A stretch of 64,000 nucleotides of DNA. Origin: Planctomycetota bacterium (GTDB taxonomy: Bacteria; Planctomycetota; B15-G4). Where the stretch lies: the NCBI GenBank assembly GCA_965248575.1, contig CBDFJQ010000002.1:64001-128000 (forward strand). The letters run 5' to 3'. The notes under the pieces are model-generated. The model made no database searches. It saw only the letters and a list, made by a program, of their open reading frames with translations, and was not told the origin of the DNA. The translations under genes were made by a program, and so were the position numbers. This document shows, in pieces, positions 19,798 through 29,649 of the stretch (its first letter is position 1; each line of letters starts with the position of its first letter).

Positions 19798-20241
19798 TCA
19801 GCCGTTGGGAGGGACGTGGCCGGGGATGGCCAGCAGGGCGTCGAACGCCAGGTCGCGCACCTGCCCGTAGGTCAGCAGCTCATAGAGCTCGTGACGCCCG
19901 GCCCACGTGAGCTCCGAATGCTCCGGGCTCAGGAGGGGCTCCGCCTGCGGGGCGCAGGCCAGGAAGTACGAGACACGCTTGAGGCGTCCGTTGTCCTCGG
20001 TGCCTTGCACCCGGTACTCGATGCAGCGCCGGAAGTTGGGGTGCAGGCTCAGGGCAGCGTAGCCGGTCTCCTCGTGCACCTCCCGAAAGGCCGTGACCAG
20101 TTCGTGGGCGTCCGCGGGATCCCGCCTGCCCTTGGGGAAGCCCCAGTGCCCGTTGTCTGCGTTGCGCAGCAGGAGCAGCCGGGGGTCGCCGGAAGCCGTG
20201 GGCGGGCGATAAAGAATGATGCCGCTGGCAAGGACGGTCAT
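19798..20241 (-). CDS. NUDIX hydrolase (Ap4A-hydrolase-like)
   Basis: ASGIILY, GHWGFPKG...AFREVHEETG, LSPEHSE..W. Confidence 0.85.
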   Translation of the reverse strand: MTVLASGIILYRPPTASGDPRLLLLRNADNGHWGFPKGRRDPADAHELVTAFREVHEETGYAALSLHPNFRRCIEYRVQGTEDNGRLKRVSYFLACAPQAEPLLSPEHSELTWAGRHELYELLTYGQVRDLAFDALLAIPGHVPPNG

Positions 20242-20399
20242 GGAGAGGGCTCGGACGACTCGGATGACAAGGGGGGGCGTGCCGCTGGGGGCGCGCCAGC
20301 AGGGCCGATGACCAGCGCGCAGCAGATGATAGGATCCGCGCCAAGATGCCTTCCAGCACTGCCCAGACCGACTCCTGTCTGCCAAGACACTCGGCCCCC

Positions 20400-21239
20400 A
20401 TGGCCAGCAGCCCCGGGCGCGTCGTTCGCAACGAACGGATCCCCAGCGGCTGCCACGTCCTTGAGATGCACGTGGAGGCTGGCTTTCCGCTGCCGCTCGC
20501 AGGGCAGTTCGCCATGCTCAGCACCGAGGCGCCCGGATTCCCGATGTTGCCGCGGCCCTTCAGTCTCTTGGGGGCTCGGCTGGCGACTGCTGCTGAGGCA
20601 GCGCTAGGGCACGGGCCACTGCTTTCCTTCCTCATCATGCCAGTGGGAGCGGGCTCGGCCAGCTTGTGCTCCCTGGCGGTCGGTGAGAGTTGTCAGGTGG
20701 TGGGGCCCATGGGCCATGGCTTGGACGAGGGCCTGCCCAACGGCGCCCTGGTCAGCGTGGCAGGCGGCTATGGCGTGGCGCCCTTCCTCTTCTTGGCTGA
20801 GACCTGGCAGGAGGCGGAGGATGCCCGCCTCAAGCAGTTCTCGGTGGTGTTCGGCGCGCGGGATGCCGGGCGCCTGAGCCTCGCCGATCGCTTGGAGTCC
20901 ACGGGCTGTCGTGTCGAGCTTTGCACCGAGGACGGGAGCCGAGGCTTCCAGGGGCGAGTGGATGCGCGATTGAAGAGCCTCCTGGCTGATGGTTCCCACG
21001 CCGGAGTGCTCACGTGTGGGCCGGACCCGATGATGGAGGCTGTGGGCGCCGTGGCTCGCGCCGCGGGTGTGCCCTGCCGGGCATCGCTCGAATCCGTCAT
21101 GGGCTGCGGATACGCCGTGTGCAACGGCTGTGCCGTGGGCGTCAGCGACGCCGCGGACCCCGACGGCTACACTTATGAGCTCGCGTGCCGCGAAGGCACG
21201 ATTTTCGACGAGGCAAGGCTGCATTGGAACCTGCTCTAA
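20400..21239 (+). CDS. pyrK: Dihydroorotate dehydrogenase electron transfer subunit-like flavin/2Fe-2S protein
   Basis: GQFAML, RPFS, GPMGHG, VAGGYGVAP, TEDGSRG, CGPDPMM, SLESVMGCGYAVCNGC...ACREGTIF. Confidence 0.8.
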   Translation: MASSPGRVVRNERIPSGCHVLEMHVEAGFPLPLAGQFAMLSTEAPGFPMLPRPFSLLGARLATAAEAALGHGPLLSFLIMPVGAGSASLCSLAVGESCQVVGPMGHGLDEGLPNGALVSVAGGYGVAPFLFLAETWQEAEDARLKQFSVVFGARDAGRLSLADRLESTGCRVELCTEDGSRGFQGRVDARLKSLLADGSHAGVLTCGPDPMMEAVGAVARAAGVPCRASLESVMGCGYAVCNGCAVGVSDAADPDGYTYELACREGTIFDEARLHWNLL

Positions 21240-21769
21240 CTCGAGGCGACCGGCTCACGGAGTATGCCGAGGCGATTCGCTTCGGCGTTGAGTCGGTGGG
21301 TCTCGACACACAAGCCGAGTGCGTGGCGCAGCTGCTGGAAGCCAAGCAGATCGTCGTGGCCGGGCGCGGTCGCTCGGGAATGATGGCGGCAGCCTTCGCT
21401 CGCCGCCTGGGGCAGATGGGATTGCACGCCTGGGGTCTCGACGACACCACGGTGCCCCGGCTGGGTGTCGGCGATGTGCTGGTGGCGGTCACTGGTAGCG
21501 GCACGACGCCGACGGTTCTGAGCTTGATGCACACGGCGCGCCGTGGCGGCGCCACGGTCCTGCTGGTCACCCGCAAGCCGGCCCGGGACCCGCGGGTGGC
21601 GGACGTCTTGGTGGAGCTTGGCCCGCTGCAGAAGGCGAGCGCCTACCCGCTGGGGACTCTGTTCGAAGTGACGGCCCTGGCCTTCCTGGATCTGGTCGTG
21701 GTGGACCTCATCGAGGCCTTGGGGACCACCGAGTCGGACCTGGGCGCTCGCCACACGAATCTCGAGTGA
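21224..21769 (+). CDS. SIS-domain sugar-phosphate isomerase (6-phospho-3-hexuloisomerase-like)
   Basis: VAGRGRSG..AAAFARRL.QMG, DVLVAVTGSGTT, PLGTLFE, RHTNLE C-terminus; start uncertain. Confidence 0.75.
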   Translation: MEPALTRGDRLTEYAEAIRFGVESVGLDTQAECVAQLLEAKQIVVAGRGRSGMMAAAFARRLGQMGLHAWGLDDTTVPRLGVGDVLVAVTGSGTTPTVLSLMHTARRGGATVLLVTRKPARDPRVADVLVELGPLQKASAYPLGTLFEVTALAFLDLVVVDLIEALGTTESDLGARHTNLE

Positions 21770-22728
21770 GCGCGAGCCCTCTGAAGGATGCGTCCGGGGG
21801 GAAGTTCTCCAAGTCGCCACGGCGCTATTCGGCCGCGGCCCTGCGTGCGATGGACCTCCTGCGGTGGGTGGGGACCCACCTCTGGCCCGGCCGGGCGCTC
21901 TATGGATGGTGGCTCGCGCGCGGGGCCACCGAGTGTACCCACGAGGACATCCCGGTCGCGGGCTTGCCCCGGGCGCTGGACGGCTTGCGCATCGTGCAGC
22001 TCAGCGATTTCCACGCCGGGCCCTTTCTGGATCGGGGGAGCATGGAGCCCGTCCTGGATCTCGTGCGCGCCTGCCAGGCCGACCTGCTGGTCCTGACGGG
22101 GGACTTCATCACCGACAACGCCGACGACCGGCACAAGCTGGGCCAGATCTTCGCCCAGATGCCCGCCACCCTGGGTAAGTTCGCTGTCTTCGGCAACCAC
22201 GACTACCGACAGCGCCGCGAGGGTGAGCTGGGGGCGTGGCTGAGGCGGCAGGGTGTGCAGGTCCTGCGTAATGCGTCCGCCCGGGTCGAACGGGCGGGTG
22301 CCTCCCTGCTCGTGGCGGGCCTGGAAGATATCGAGGAAGGCCGACGTGTGGATCTCGAGGCCGCGCTGGGATCCTCCCCGGCCGAGCTGCCGACGCTCTT
22401 GCTTTGTCATCACCCGGACGTGGCTGATCTGCTTCCGCCAGGGGCCTTCGATCTTGTGCTGTGTGGGCACACCCATGGGGGGCAGGTGGTGCTCCCCGTG
22501 CTCGGTGCCGTGGGCCGCAAGACACCCGTCGCACGGCTGCGGGGGACCTCGGCCCTGCCCGGCAAGCGGGGCTTCCTACACGTCAATCGCGGGCTGGGCG
22601 TCCTGGTCCTGCCCTTCAGGCTGGGGGCTCGGCCGCAGGTCAGCTGCTTGAGCTTGCGCCGGGTGCGGCACCCAGGCCTCCGGAGCGGTCCCAAGTCGGG
22701 GGCTATTCCCGAGGGCGATCGAGGCTGA
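21766..22728 (+). CDS. Metallophosphoesterase (YkuE/YaeI-like)
   Basis: QLSDFH, LTGDF, FGNHDY, LCHHPD, LCGHTHGGQ, NRGLG. Confidence 0.88.
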   Translation: MSASPLKDASGGKFSKSPRRYSAAALRAMDLLRWVGTHLWPGRALYGWWLARGATECTHEDIPVAGLPRALDGLRIVQLSDFHAGPFLDRGSMEPVLDLVRACQADLLVLTGDFITDNADDRHKLGQIFAQMPATLGKFAVFGNHDYRQRREGELGAWLRRQGVQVLRNASARVERAGASLLVAGLEDIEEGRRVDLEAALGSSPAELPTLLLCHHPDVADLLPPGAFDLVLCGHTHGGQVVLPVLGAVGRKTPVARLRGTSALPGKRGFLHVNRGLGVLVLPFRLGARPQVSCLSLRRVRHPGLRSGPKSGAIPEGDRG

Positions 22729-22873
22729 GCGCTTCCGCCAGCTTGGGCCTTTGCGATACACTCGCCCTCCTTTTGCAGGGCCGCCAAGATGCCTTTGCGG
22801 GAGCCCAGGAGGGCAGAGATCCCGCGTGGTGGGTGGCTCTTGTGGACTCGAATCCGAGAGCGAAGCAGATCTC

Positions 22874-24067
22874 ATGACTGACTCCCCGAACGACGTCGTC
22901 ATCGCCAGCGCGGTGCGGACTCCCATTGGCAAATTCCAAGGCTCACTGGCCGGCTTCACGGCGCCGCAGCTGGGTGCCGTGGCTGCGGCTGCTGCCATCG
23001 AGCGGGCCGGTCTGAAGCCCGACTCCATCGACGAGACGATCATGGGCAACGTGCTCGGGTGCGGCCTGGGTCAGGCCCCCGCGCGTCAGGTCTCACGGGC
23101 CGTGGGCATTCCCGATCACACGTCAGCGCTGACCATCAACAAGGTGTGTGGCTCCGGCTTGAAGGCCGTGATGCTCGCGGCGCAAGCCATCAAGTGCGGC
23201 GACTCGAGGGTCGTGCTGGCCGGTGGCATGGAGAGCATGTCGAAGGCGCCCTACTACATTCCTAAGGCCCGCGATGGCATGCGGCTCGGCCACGCCAAGA
23301 TCATCGACAGCATGATCCACGATGGCCTGTGGGACCCCTACTACGACATGCACATGGGCATGACGGGCGAGGCGGTGTGCCAGGAGTACGACGTCACGCG
23401 CGAGCAGCAGGACGAGTTTGCTGCGCAGAGCCATGCGCGTGCGCTGGCAGCCACCCAGTCGGGTGCGTTCAAGGACGAGATCGCACCGGTAGACATCAAG
23501 CCCCGGCGCGGTGACCCGTGGCAGTTCGATACGGACGAAGGGCCGCGCGAAGGACTCAGCGCTGCGGACCTCGGCAAGATGCGCCCGGCCTTCGACAAGG
23601 AAGGTTCCGTGACGGCGGGCAACGCCAGCAGCATCAACGACGGCGCCGCCGCCACCGTGGTCATGAGCGCGGCGACGGCCAAGGAGTTGGGCGTCAAGCC
23701 GTTGGCCAGGATCACGGGCTACGCCTCCGGCGGCACGGACCCCAAGTGGGTCATGATGGCGCCCATGGAGGCCGTGAAGAACCTGAGCGCCAAGACGGGC
23801 ACCGACGTGAAGAGCTATGACCTCATCGAGTTGAACGAAGCCTTCGCGAGCCAGTGCGTCGCCGTTGGAAAGCTGTGGGGTACAGACCCTGAGCGCTTCA
23901 ACGTGAATGGCGGCGGCGTCGCCCTTGGGCACCCCATCGGGGCCTCGGGCACGCGCGTACTCACCACGCTCATCTGGGCCTTGAAGAACCGCGGCAAGAA
24001 GACGGGCATGGCGACGCTCTGCCTGGGCGGCGGCGGTGCCGTGGCCATGAGCGTGGAGGTCCTCTGA
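22874..24067 (+). CDS. Acetyl-CoA C-acetyltransferase (thiolase)
   Basis: [54 protein letters not shown]. Confidence 0.95.
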   Translation: MTDSPNDVVIASAVRTPIGKFQGSLAGFTAPQLGAVAAAAAIERAGLKPDSIDETIMGNVLGCGLGQAPARQVSRAVGIPDHTSALTINKVCGSGLKAVMLAAQAIKCGDSRVVLAGGMESMSKAPYYIPKARDGMRLGHAKIIDSMIHDGLWDPYYDMHMGMTGEAVCQEYDVTREQQDEFAAQSHARALAATQSGAFKDEIAPVDIKPRRGDPWQFDTDEGPREGLSAADLGKMRPAFDKEGSVTAGNASSINDGAAATVVMSAATAKELGVKPLARITGYASGGTDPKWVMMAPMEAVKNLSAKTGTDVKSYDLIELNEAFASQCVAVGKLWGTDPERFNVNGGGVALGHPIGASGTRVLTTLIWALKNRGKKTGMATLCLGGGGAVAMSVEVL

Positions 24068-24069
24068 AC

Positions 24070-24921
24070 ATGGGCATCTCGAACATCGCGGTCATCGGCT
24101 GCGGAACCATGGGCAACGGGATTGCCCAGGTGTGCGCGGCGTCCGGCAAGCAGGTGCGGCTCGTGGACCTCAGCCAGGATGCACTCGATGCGGCCCTGGC
24201 GGGCATCGAGAAGAGCCTGGGGCGCTTGGTGAAAAAGGAGAAGATCGCCGCCTCTGACGTGGCCGACATCCTTGGACGCATCCAGACCACCACCTCGCTG
24301 GAGGATTGCGCCGACGCGCATCTGGTGGTGGAGGCGGTCAGCGAGAACGTGGCTGTGAAGACCAAGATCTTCGCGGAACTGGATCGCATCACTCCCGCCG
24401 AATCCATCCTGGCCTCGAACACGTCCTCCATTTCCATCACCCAGTTGGCTGCCGCGACATCGCGCCCGAGCCAGGTGATCGGAATGCACTTCATGAATCC
24501 GGTGCCGGTCATGAAGCTCGTGGAAGTGGTGCGCGGGCTGGACACGAGCGATTCCACCACGGAGGCGGTGAACGCCCTGTCCGCAGAGCTCGGCAAGACG
24601 GCCGTGCCGGCCAACGACTTCCCCGGCTTCGTCAGCAACCGCATCTTGATGCCCATGATCAATGAGGCCATCACCTGCCTCATGGAAGGCGTGGCTTCAC
24701 GCGAGTCCATCGACGACATCATGAAGTTGGGGATGGCGCATCCCATGGGCCCGCTGGCGCTCGGCGACCTCGTCGGTCTGGATGTCTGCCTCAGCATCAT
24801 GGAAGTGCTTCACCGGGACCTGGGTGACAGCAAGTACCGGCCCTGCCCGTTGCTGCGCAAGATGGTCGCGGCGGGGCACCTCGGCCGGAAGACGGGCCGC
24901 GGCTTCTACGAGTACTCCTGA
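24070..24921 (+). CDS. hbd: 3-hydroxybutyryl-CoA dehydrogenase
   Basis: [53 protein letters not shown]. Confidence 0.93.
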   Translation: MGISNIAVIGCGTMGNGIAQVCAASGKQVRLVDLSQDALDAALAGIEKSLGRLVKKEKIAASDVADILGRIQTTTSLEDCADAHLVVEAVSENVAVKTKIFAELDRITPAESILASNTSSISITQLAAATSRPSQVIGMHFMNPVPVMKLVEVVRGLDTSDSTTEAVNALSAELGKTAVPANDFPGFVSNRILMPMINEAITCLMEGVASRESIDDIMKLGMAHPMGPLALGDLVGLDVCLSIMEVLHRDLGDSKYRPCPLLRKMVAAGHLGRKTGRGFYEYS

Positions 24922-24983
24922 GACCTCACGCCCCAAGCTTCACGACCGCCGACCTTTCAACGGCCACACCTCACGGATTACCC

Positions 24984-26111
24984 ATGGACTTTCAGCTCAC
25001 CGAGGAACAGCAGCTCATCCGGCAGACTGCACGGGAGTTTGCGGATCAAGAGGTGGCACCGACCGCGAAGGCGCGCGATCGTGAACACCGCTTCCCTCGG
25101 GAGGAACTGCGCAAGGCGGCGGAACTCGGCTTCATGGGGATGCTGGTGCCCGAGGCCTACGGTGGCAGCGAGCTGGGGACCTTGGCCACGATCATGGTGA
25201 TCGAAGAAGTGAGTCGCGCCTGCGCTTCCACGGGCGTGACCCTCAGCGTTCACAACAGCCTGGTCACCAGCCCCCTGACGAAGTTCGGTAGCGAGGAGCA
25301 GAAGCAAGAGTGGCTGCCGCGCCTGGCCACGGGGGAGTTGCTGGGGGGCTACGCGCTGTCTGAAGCCAATGCCGGTTCGGATGCTGCGGCCCTCAGCTGC
25401 CGTGCCACGCGCGATGGAGACGAATGGGTCCTCAATGGTCCCAAGCTCTGGATCACCAGCGGCAATGAGGCGGACCTGATCATCGTGTTCGCCCGCGCCG
25501 AGGAGGGCGTGACGGCCTTCCTGGTCGAGACCCGCTTGCCTGGTTTCAGCGTGGGCAAGGTGGAAGAGAAGCTGGGCGTGCGTAGCAGCCCCACCGTCGA
25601 GATCGTGCTGGACAACTTCCGGTTGCCGGCCAACCGCTTGCTGGGCACTGCCGGCGAGGGCTTGAAGATCGCCTTCTCGACTTTGGATGGGGGGCGCATC
25701 GGGATCTGCGCCCAGAGCCTCGGCATCGCCCAGGCGAGCTTGGACGCCAGCGTGAAGTACGCCCAGGAGAGGGAGCAGTTCAACCGGCCCTTGAAGTCCT
25801 TCCAAGCCATCCAATGGAAGGTGGCTGACATGGCCGCCGGCATCGAGGGCGCGAGACTCATGGCGCACAAGGCGGCGTGGCTGCGTGACCACGGCATGCC
25901 CCACACACGAGAGGCGGCCCAGGCCAAGCTGATGTGCTCACGCCTGGCGAACAAGGCCGCCGACGAGGCTGTGCAGATCCACGGTGGAGCCGGGTACACG
26001 ACCGAGTTCCCCGTCTCGCGCTACTTCCGGGATGCGCGGGTGACCGAGATCTACGAGGGCACGACCGAAGTGCAACGCATCGTGATCGCGCGCGAGATCA
26101 TGGGGCGATGA
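24984..26111 (+). CDS. Acyl-CoA dehydrogenase (short/branched-chain type)
   Basis: ALSEANAGSD, KLWITSG, LDGGRIGI, REQF, QIHGGAGY, EIYEGTTE. Confidence 0.93.
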   Translation: MDFQLTEEQQLIRQTAREFADQEVAPTAKARDREHRFPREELRKAAELGFMGMLVPEAYGGSELGTLATIMVIEEVSRACASTGVTLSVHNSLVTSPLTKFGSEEQKQEWLPRLATGELLGGYALSEANAGSDAAALSCRATRDGDEWVLNGPKLWITSGNEADLIIVFARAEEGVTAFLVETRLPGFSVGKVEEKLGVRSSPTVEIVLDNFRLPANRLLGTAGEGLKIAFSTLDGGRIGICAQSLGIAQASLDASVKYAQEREQFNRPLKSFQAIQWKVADMAAGIEGARLMAHKAAWLRDHGMPHTREAAQAKLMCSRLANKAADEAVQIHGGAGYTTEFPVSRYFRDARVTEIYEGTTEVQRIVIAREIMGR

Positions 26112-27151
26112 CGGAGGTTTCCCCAGTGGCAGAGGCGAAGTCTGTGCACGGGGCCGAGCTCCATGCCGAGAAAGACCTCGTGAGCCGCGTCGCCGCTGGC
26201 GAGCAGCGCGCCTGCGCACGCCTCATGACCTGGGCCGAGCGCAACGACCCGCGCTACGCCGTCGCTCACCGCGAGTTCTGCGGCGGCCTGGGGGCGGCTC
26301 AACGCATCGGTGTCACGGGTCCACCGGGCGCCGGCAAGAGCACCCTGGTCGAAGCGCTCGCCTCTCATTGGCGCGAGACAGAGGATCGCAAGATCGGCAT
26401 CGTCGCCGTGGACCCCACGAGCCCCTTCACGGGCGGCGCCCTGCTGGGGGATCGGGTGCGCATGTCGCGCCTGGTGCTCGACAACGCTGTGTTCATCCGT
26501 TCCATGGCGACTCGGGGCGTGTTTGGCGGCCTGGCGCGGGCGACAGACGATGTGGCCGATGTGCTCGACCTCTATGGTCGGCAAACGGTCATGGTCGAGA
26601 CGGTGGGCGTCGGGCAGAGCGAGGTGGACATCGCTCGCAGCTGTGACCTCACCTTGGTTGTGCTGCACCCAGGTGGTGGCGACACGATCCAGGCCATGAA
26701 GGCGGGCCTGATGGAAGTGGCGGATATCTACGTAGTGAACAAGGCCGATATGCCGGGCGTGGATCGCCTCGTGCAAGAGCTCTATGACGTGCTCGACCTG
26801 CGCGAGATTCCCATGGAGGAACGGCCTCCGATCCTGAGCACCGTCGCCAGCAAGGGCAGCGGAGTCCCGGAGCTGGCCACAGTGATCGACGAGATGGTCG
26901 CCGCACGGAAAAGCTCGGGGATTCTGGCTGAACGGCGAAGCGAGAACCTGGAGCGCCGAATCCGGCGTTTGGTGGACGGCCGCTTGCGGCGAGACGTCTG
27001 GGAAACGCGCGGGTTGAGCGAGCTGCTTCACCGTCGTTTGGCCAAGAGCGTTAGGCTGTCGGCATACGAACTGGCAGATGAGATTCTGGACCTCTATCAG
27101 GGTGCGGAGCTGGATTCCGGCCCCGACAAGGACACGGAGCAGAGCCCATGA
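26108..27151 (+). CDS. meaB: B12-mutase-associated GTPase MeaB
   Basis: GVTGPPGAGKST, AVDPTSPFTGGALLGDRVRM, FIRSMATRG, ETVGVGQSE, QAMKAGLMEVAD..VVNKAD. Confidence 0.93.
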   Translation: MTEVSPVAEAKSVHGAELHAEKDLVSRVAAGEQRACARLMTWAERNDPRYAVAHREFCGGLGAAQRIGVTGPPGAGKSTLVEALASHWRETEDRKIGIVAVDPTSPFTGGALLGDRVRMSRLVLDNAVFIRSMATRGVFGGLARATDDVADVLDLYGRQTVMVETVGVGQSEVDIARSCDLTLVVLHPGGGDTIQAMKAGLMEVADIYVVNKADMPGVDRLVQELYDVLDLREIPMEERPPILSTVASKGSGVPELATVIDEMVAARKSSGILAERRSENLERRIRRLVDGRLRRDVWETRGLSELLHRRLAKSVRLSAYELADEILDLYQGAELDSGPDKDTEQSP

Positions 27152-28833
27152 GAACTGTCGATCCCGCGAGCGGTGATCAAACTGTCCCCAAGTCGGCGAA
27201 GTTCGTGACGTGGCAGGAAGCCTTCGGGGCGGCCAAGCAACGGGACGTGCCCTTCGAGACCGTGTCGTGTGAGCCGGTGCCGGCGCTGATCACGCAGGAT
27301 GCGCTGGCGGGCCAGGACGTGGACGCGGATATCGGCCTGCCTGGCCAATTCCCATTCACGCGCGGACCATACGCGAGCATGTACCGCACGCGCCTCTGGA
27401 CCATGCGCCAGTTCGCTGGTTTCGGTTCTGCGGCAGACACGAACGCGCGCTTCAAGTATCTGCTCGGTCGCGGGCAGGACGGTCTCTCGGTCGCCTTCGA
27501 CCTGCCCACCTTGATGGGCTACGACAGCGACCACGACCACAGCATCGGTGAGGTGGGGCGTTGCGGCGTGGCCATCTCCTCGCTGGCGGACATGGAGACC
27601 CTCTTCGAAGGCGTGCCGTTGGGTGAGGTCACCACCTCGATGACCATCAACTCGCCAGCGGCCATCATCTGGGCCATGTACCTGGTGACGGCCCAGAAAC
27701 AGGGATGGAAGCTGGACCAGCTCGGCGGCACCACGCAGAACGACATTCTCAAGGAGTACATCGCGCAGAAGGAGTACATCTTTCCGCCCGAGCCGAGCAT
27801 GCGTCTGGTGGTGGACACGATGGAGTATGCGGCGAAGCACGTGCCGCGTTGGCACCCCGTGTCCATCTCCGGTTACCACATCCGCGAGGCGGGGAGCACG
27901 GCCGTCCAAGAACTCGCGTTCACGCTGGCCGACGGCTTTGCCTATGTGGAAGCCTGCATCGAGCGGGGCATGGAGGTCGATGACTTCGCTCCGCGTCTCT
28001 CGCATTTCTTCAATAGCCACTTGGACTTCTTCGAAGAGATCGCGAAGTTTCGGGCGGCTCGGCGGATCTACGCTAAGCGCATGCGCGACAAGTACGGCGC
28101 CAAGAACCCGCGCAGCATGACGCTGCGCTTCCACACCCAGACGGCGGGCTGCAGTCTCACGGCGCAGCAGCCCTACAACAACATCGTGCGCACGACTTGG
28201 GAGGCGCTGGCGGGCGTGCTGGGCGGTACGCAGAGCCTGCACACCAACAGCATGGACGAGACCTTCGCCCTGCCGACCGAGAACGCGGTGAAGATCGCGC
28301 TGCGGACCCAGCAGTTGATCGCCTACGAATCTGGTGTGACCAACACCATCGATCCGCTGGCGGGGAGCTGGTTCGTCGAGGATCTCACGAACCGCATGGA
28401 GCGGGGCGCGGAGGAGATCTTCGCGCAGATCGATGATTTGGGTGGCGTGGTACCGGCCATCGAGAAGGGCTGGTTCCAGCGCGAGATCGCCCGCAGCGCG
28501 TATCAGTACCAGCGCGAGGTCGAGTCGGGGAACCAGGTGATCATCGGTGTGAATCACCACCAGGAAGACAGCGCCCAGGACGACAAGATCGAGCTGCTCC
28601 GGATCAGCTTGGAGACCGAGAAGGAGCAGGTCGCTCGGCTGAATCAGGTCAAGCAGGACCGCAGCGATGCGGCGGTCAAGCAGGCGCTCGATCGCATCCG
28701 CGCCGATGCCAAGAGCGGCGTGAACCTCATGCCTGCCTTGATGCAGGCGTCTGAGGTCTACGCCACGCTGGGTGAAATGACCGACGTCATGCGCGAAGAG
28801 TTCGGGACGTACCGGGAGACCCCCATCTTCTAG
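27148..28833 (+). CDS. icmA: Acyl-CoA mutase large subunit, isobutyryl-CoA mutase type
   Basis: PGQFPFTRG, WTMRQFAGFG (Phe), QNDILKEYIAQKE (Gln), SISGYHIREAG, GGTQSLHTN. Confidence 0.8.
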   Translation: MRTVDPASGDQTVPKSAKFVTWQEAFGAAKQRDVPFETVSCEPVPALITQDALAGQDVDADIGLPGQFPFTRGPYASMYRTRLWTMRQFAGFGSAADTNARFKYLLGRGQDGLSVAFDLPTLMGYDSDHDHSIGEVGRCGVAISSLADMETLFEGVPLGEVTTSMTINSPAAIIWAMYLVTAQKQGWKLDQLGGTTQNDILKEYIAQKEYIFPPEPSMRLVVDTMEYAAKHVPRWHPVSISGYHIREAGSTAVQELAFTLADGFAYVEACIERGMEVDDFAPRLSHFFNSHLDFFEEIAKFRAARRIYAKRMRDKYGAKNPRSMTLRFHTQTAGCSLTAQQPYNNIVRTTWEALAGVLGGTQSLHTNSMDETFALPTENAVKIALRTQQLIAYESGVTNTIDPLAGSWFVEDLTNRMERGAEEIFAQIDDLGGVVPAIEKGWFQREIARSAYQYQREVESGNQVIIGVNHHQEDSAQDDKIELLRISLETEKEQVARLNQVKQDRSDAAVKQALDRIRADAKSGVNLMPALMQASEVYATLGEMTDVMREEFGTYRETPIF

Positions 28834-28895
28834 GACCTCGTCCGGGACAGGCCCCCAAACAACAGCTACTTCTCAGCAAATCAGGATTACTGAAC

Positions 28896-29315
28896 ATGGA
28901 ACAACCGATTCGCGTTCTCGTCGCCAAGCCCGGGCTTGACGGGCACGACCGCGGCGCCAAGGTCGTCGCTGCGGCCCTGCGAGATGCCGGCATGGAAGTC
29001 ATCTACGGCGGCTTGCATCAAACCCCGGACGCCATCGTGCAGATGGCGATCCAGGAGGACGTGGATGTGGTTGGACTGTCCATCCTCTCGGGGGCACATA
29101 TGACCCTGTTCCCGAAGGTGAAGCAGCTGCTGGATGCAGCTGGGGGCGAGTCGATCCTGCTGACGGGTGGCGGGATCATCTCGGGCGACGACATGGAAGT
29201 CCTCGAGAAGCAGGGCGTCGGTACCTTGTTTGGCCCCGGCGCGCGACTGGCGGATCTGGTGGAGTACATCCGGACCGAAATTGGCACGCGGCGTACGACG
29301 ACACGGAGTGCATGA
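28896..29315 (+). CDS. icmB: Cobalamin-binding small subunit of acyl-CoA mutase
   Basis: KPGLDGHDRG (DxHxxG), GLSILSGAH, GGII. Confidence 0.85.
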   Translation: MEQPIRVLVAKPGLDGHDRGAKVVAAALRDAGMEVIYGGLHQTPDAIVQMAIQEDVDVVGLSILSGAHMTLFPKVKQLLDAAGGESILLTGGGIISGDDMEVLEKQGVGTLFGPGARLADLVEYIRTEIGTRRTTTRSA

Positions 29316-29316
29316 G

Positions 29317-29649
29317 ATGACAGCGAACACGCGAAAGACGACGCCGCAACCCATGCCCGATCGGGAGATCCTGAATATCGACGGTGCTGCTGCATTGCTC
29401 GGTGTGAGCGTCAAGACCTTCAGCAAGGTCCTGCGCCAGGGAGATGTTCCTGGTCGCAAGGTCGGCCGCGAATGGAAGTTCTCGCGCCAGGCCCTCATCG
29501 ATTGGATCGGCCAGGCCAAGTCCCGCAACTTTATGGAGGCAGACGGCACGATGGGGCCAGCTGCTGAACGCCCGATTCGCGGCTCCTCCGCCGCCTCTGC
29601 CGCCTCTCGGCGCACCCGAGACGATGGCTTCTCCGTGGACAGCATGTAA
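29317..29649 (+). CDS. Small HTH_17/excisionase-like DNA-binding protein
   Basis: ILNIDGAAALLGVSVKT.....RQGDVPGRKVGREWKFSRQALIDW; stop overlaps next ATG. Confidence 0.8.
   Translation: MTANTRKTTPQPMPDREILNIDGAAALLGVSVKTFSKVLRQGDVPGRKVGREWKFSRQALIDWIGQAKSRNFMEADGTMGPAAERPIRGSSAASAASRRTRDDGFSVDSM

Noticed and set aside
22729..22873. Cobalamin riboswitch expected before the B12 mutase operon
   Set aside because: No GGGAA/B12-box motifs seen
29317..29649. Prophage or integrative element suggested by the excisionase-like gene
   Set aside because: No integrase, att repeats, tRNA or phage genes; the gene is embedded in a metabolic operon
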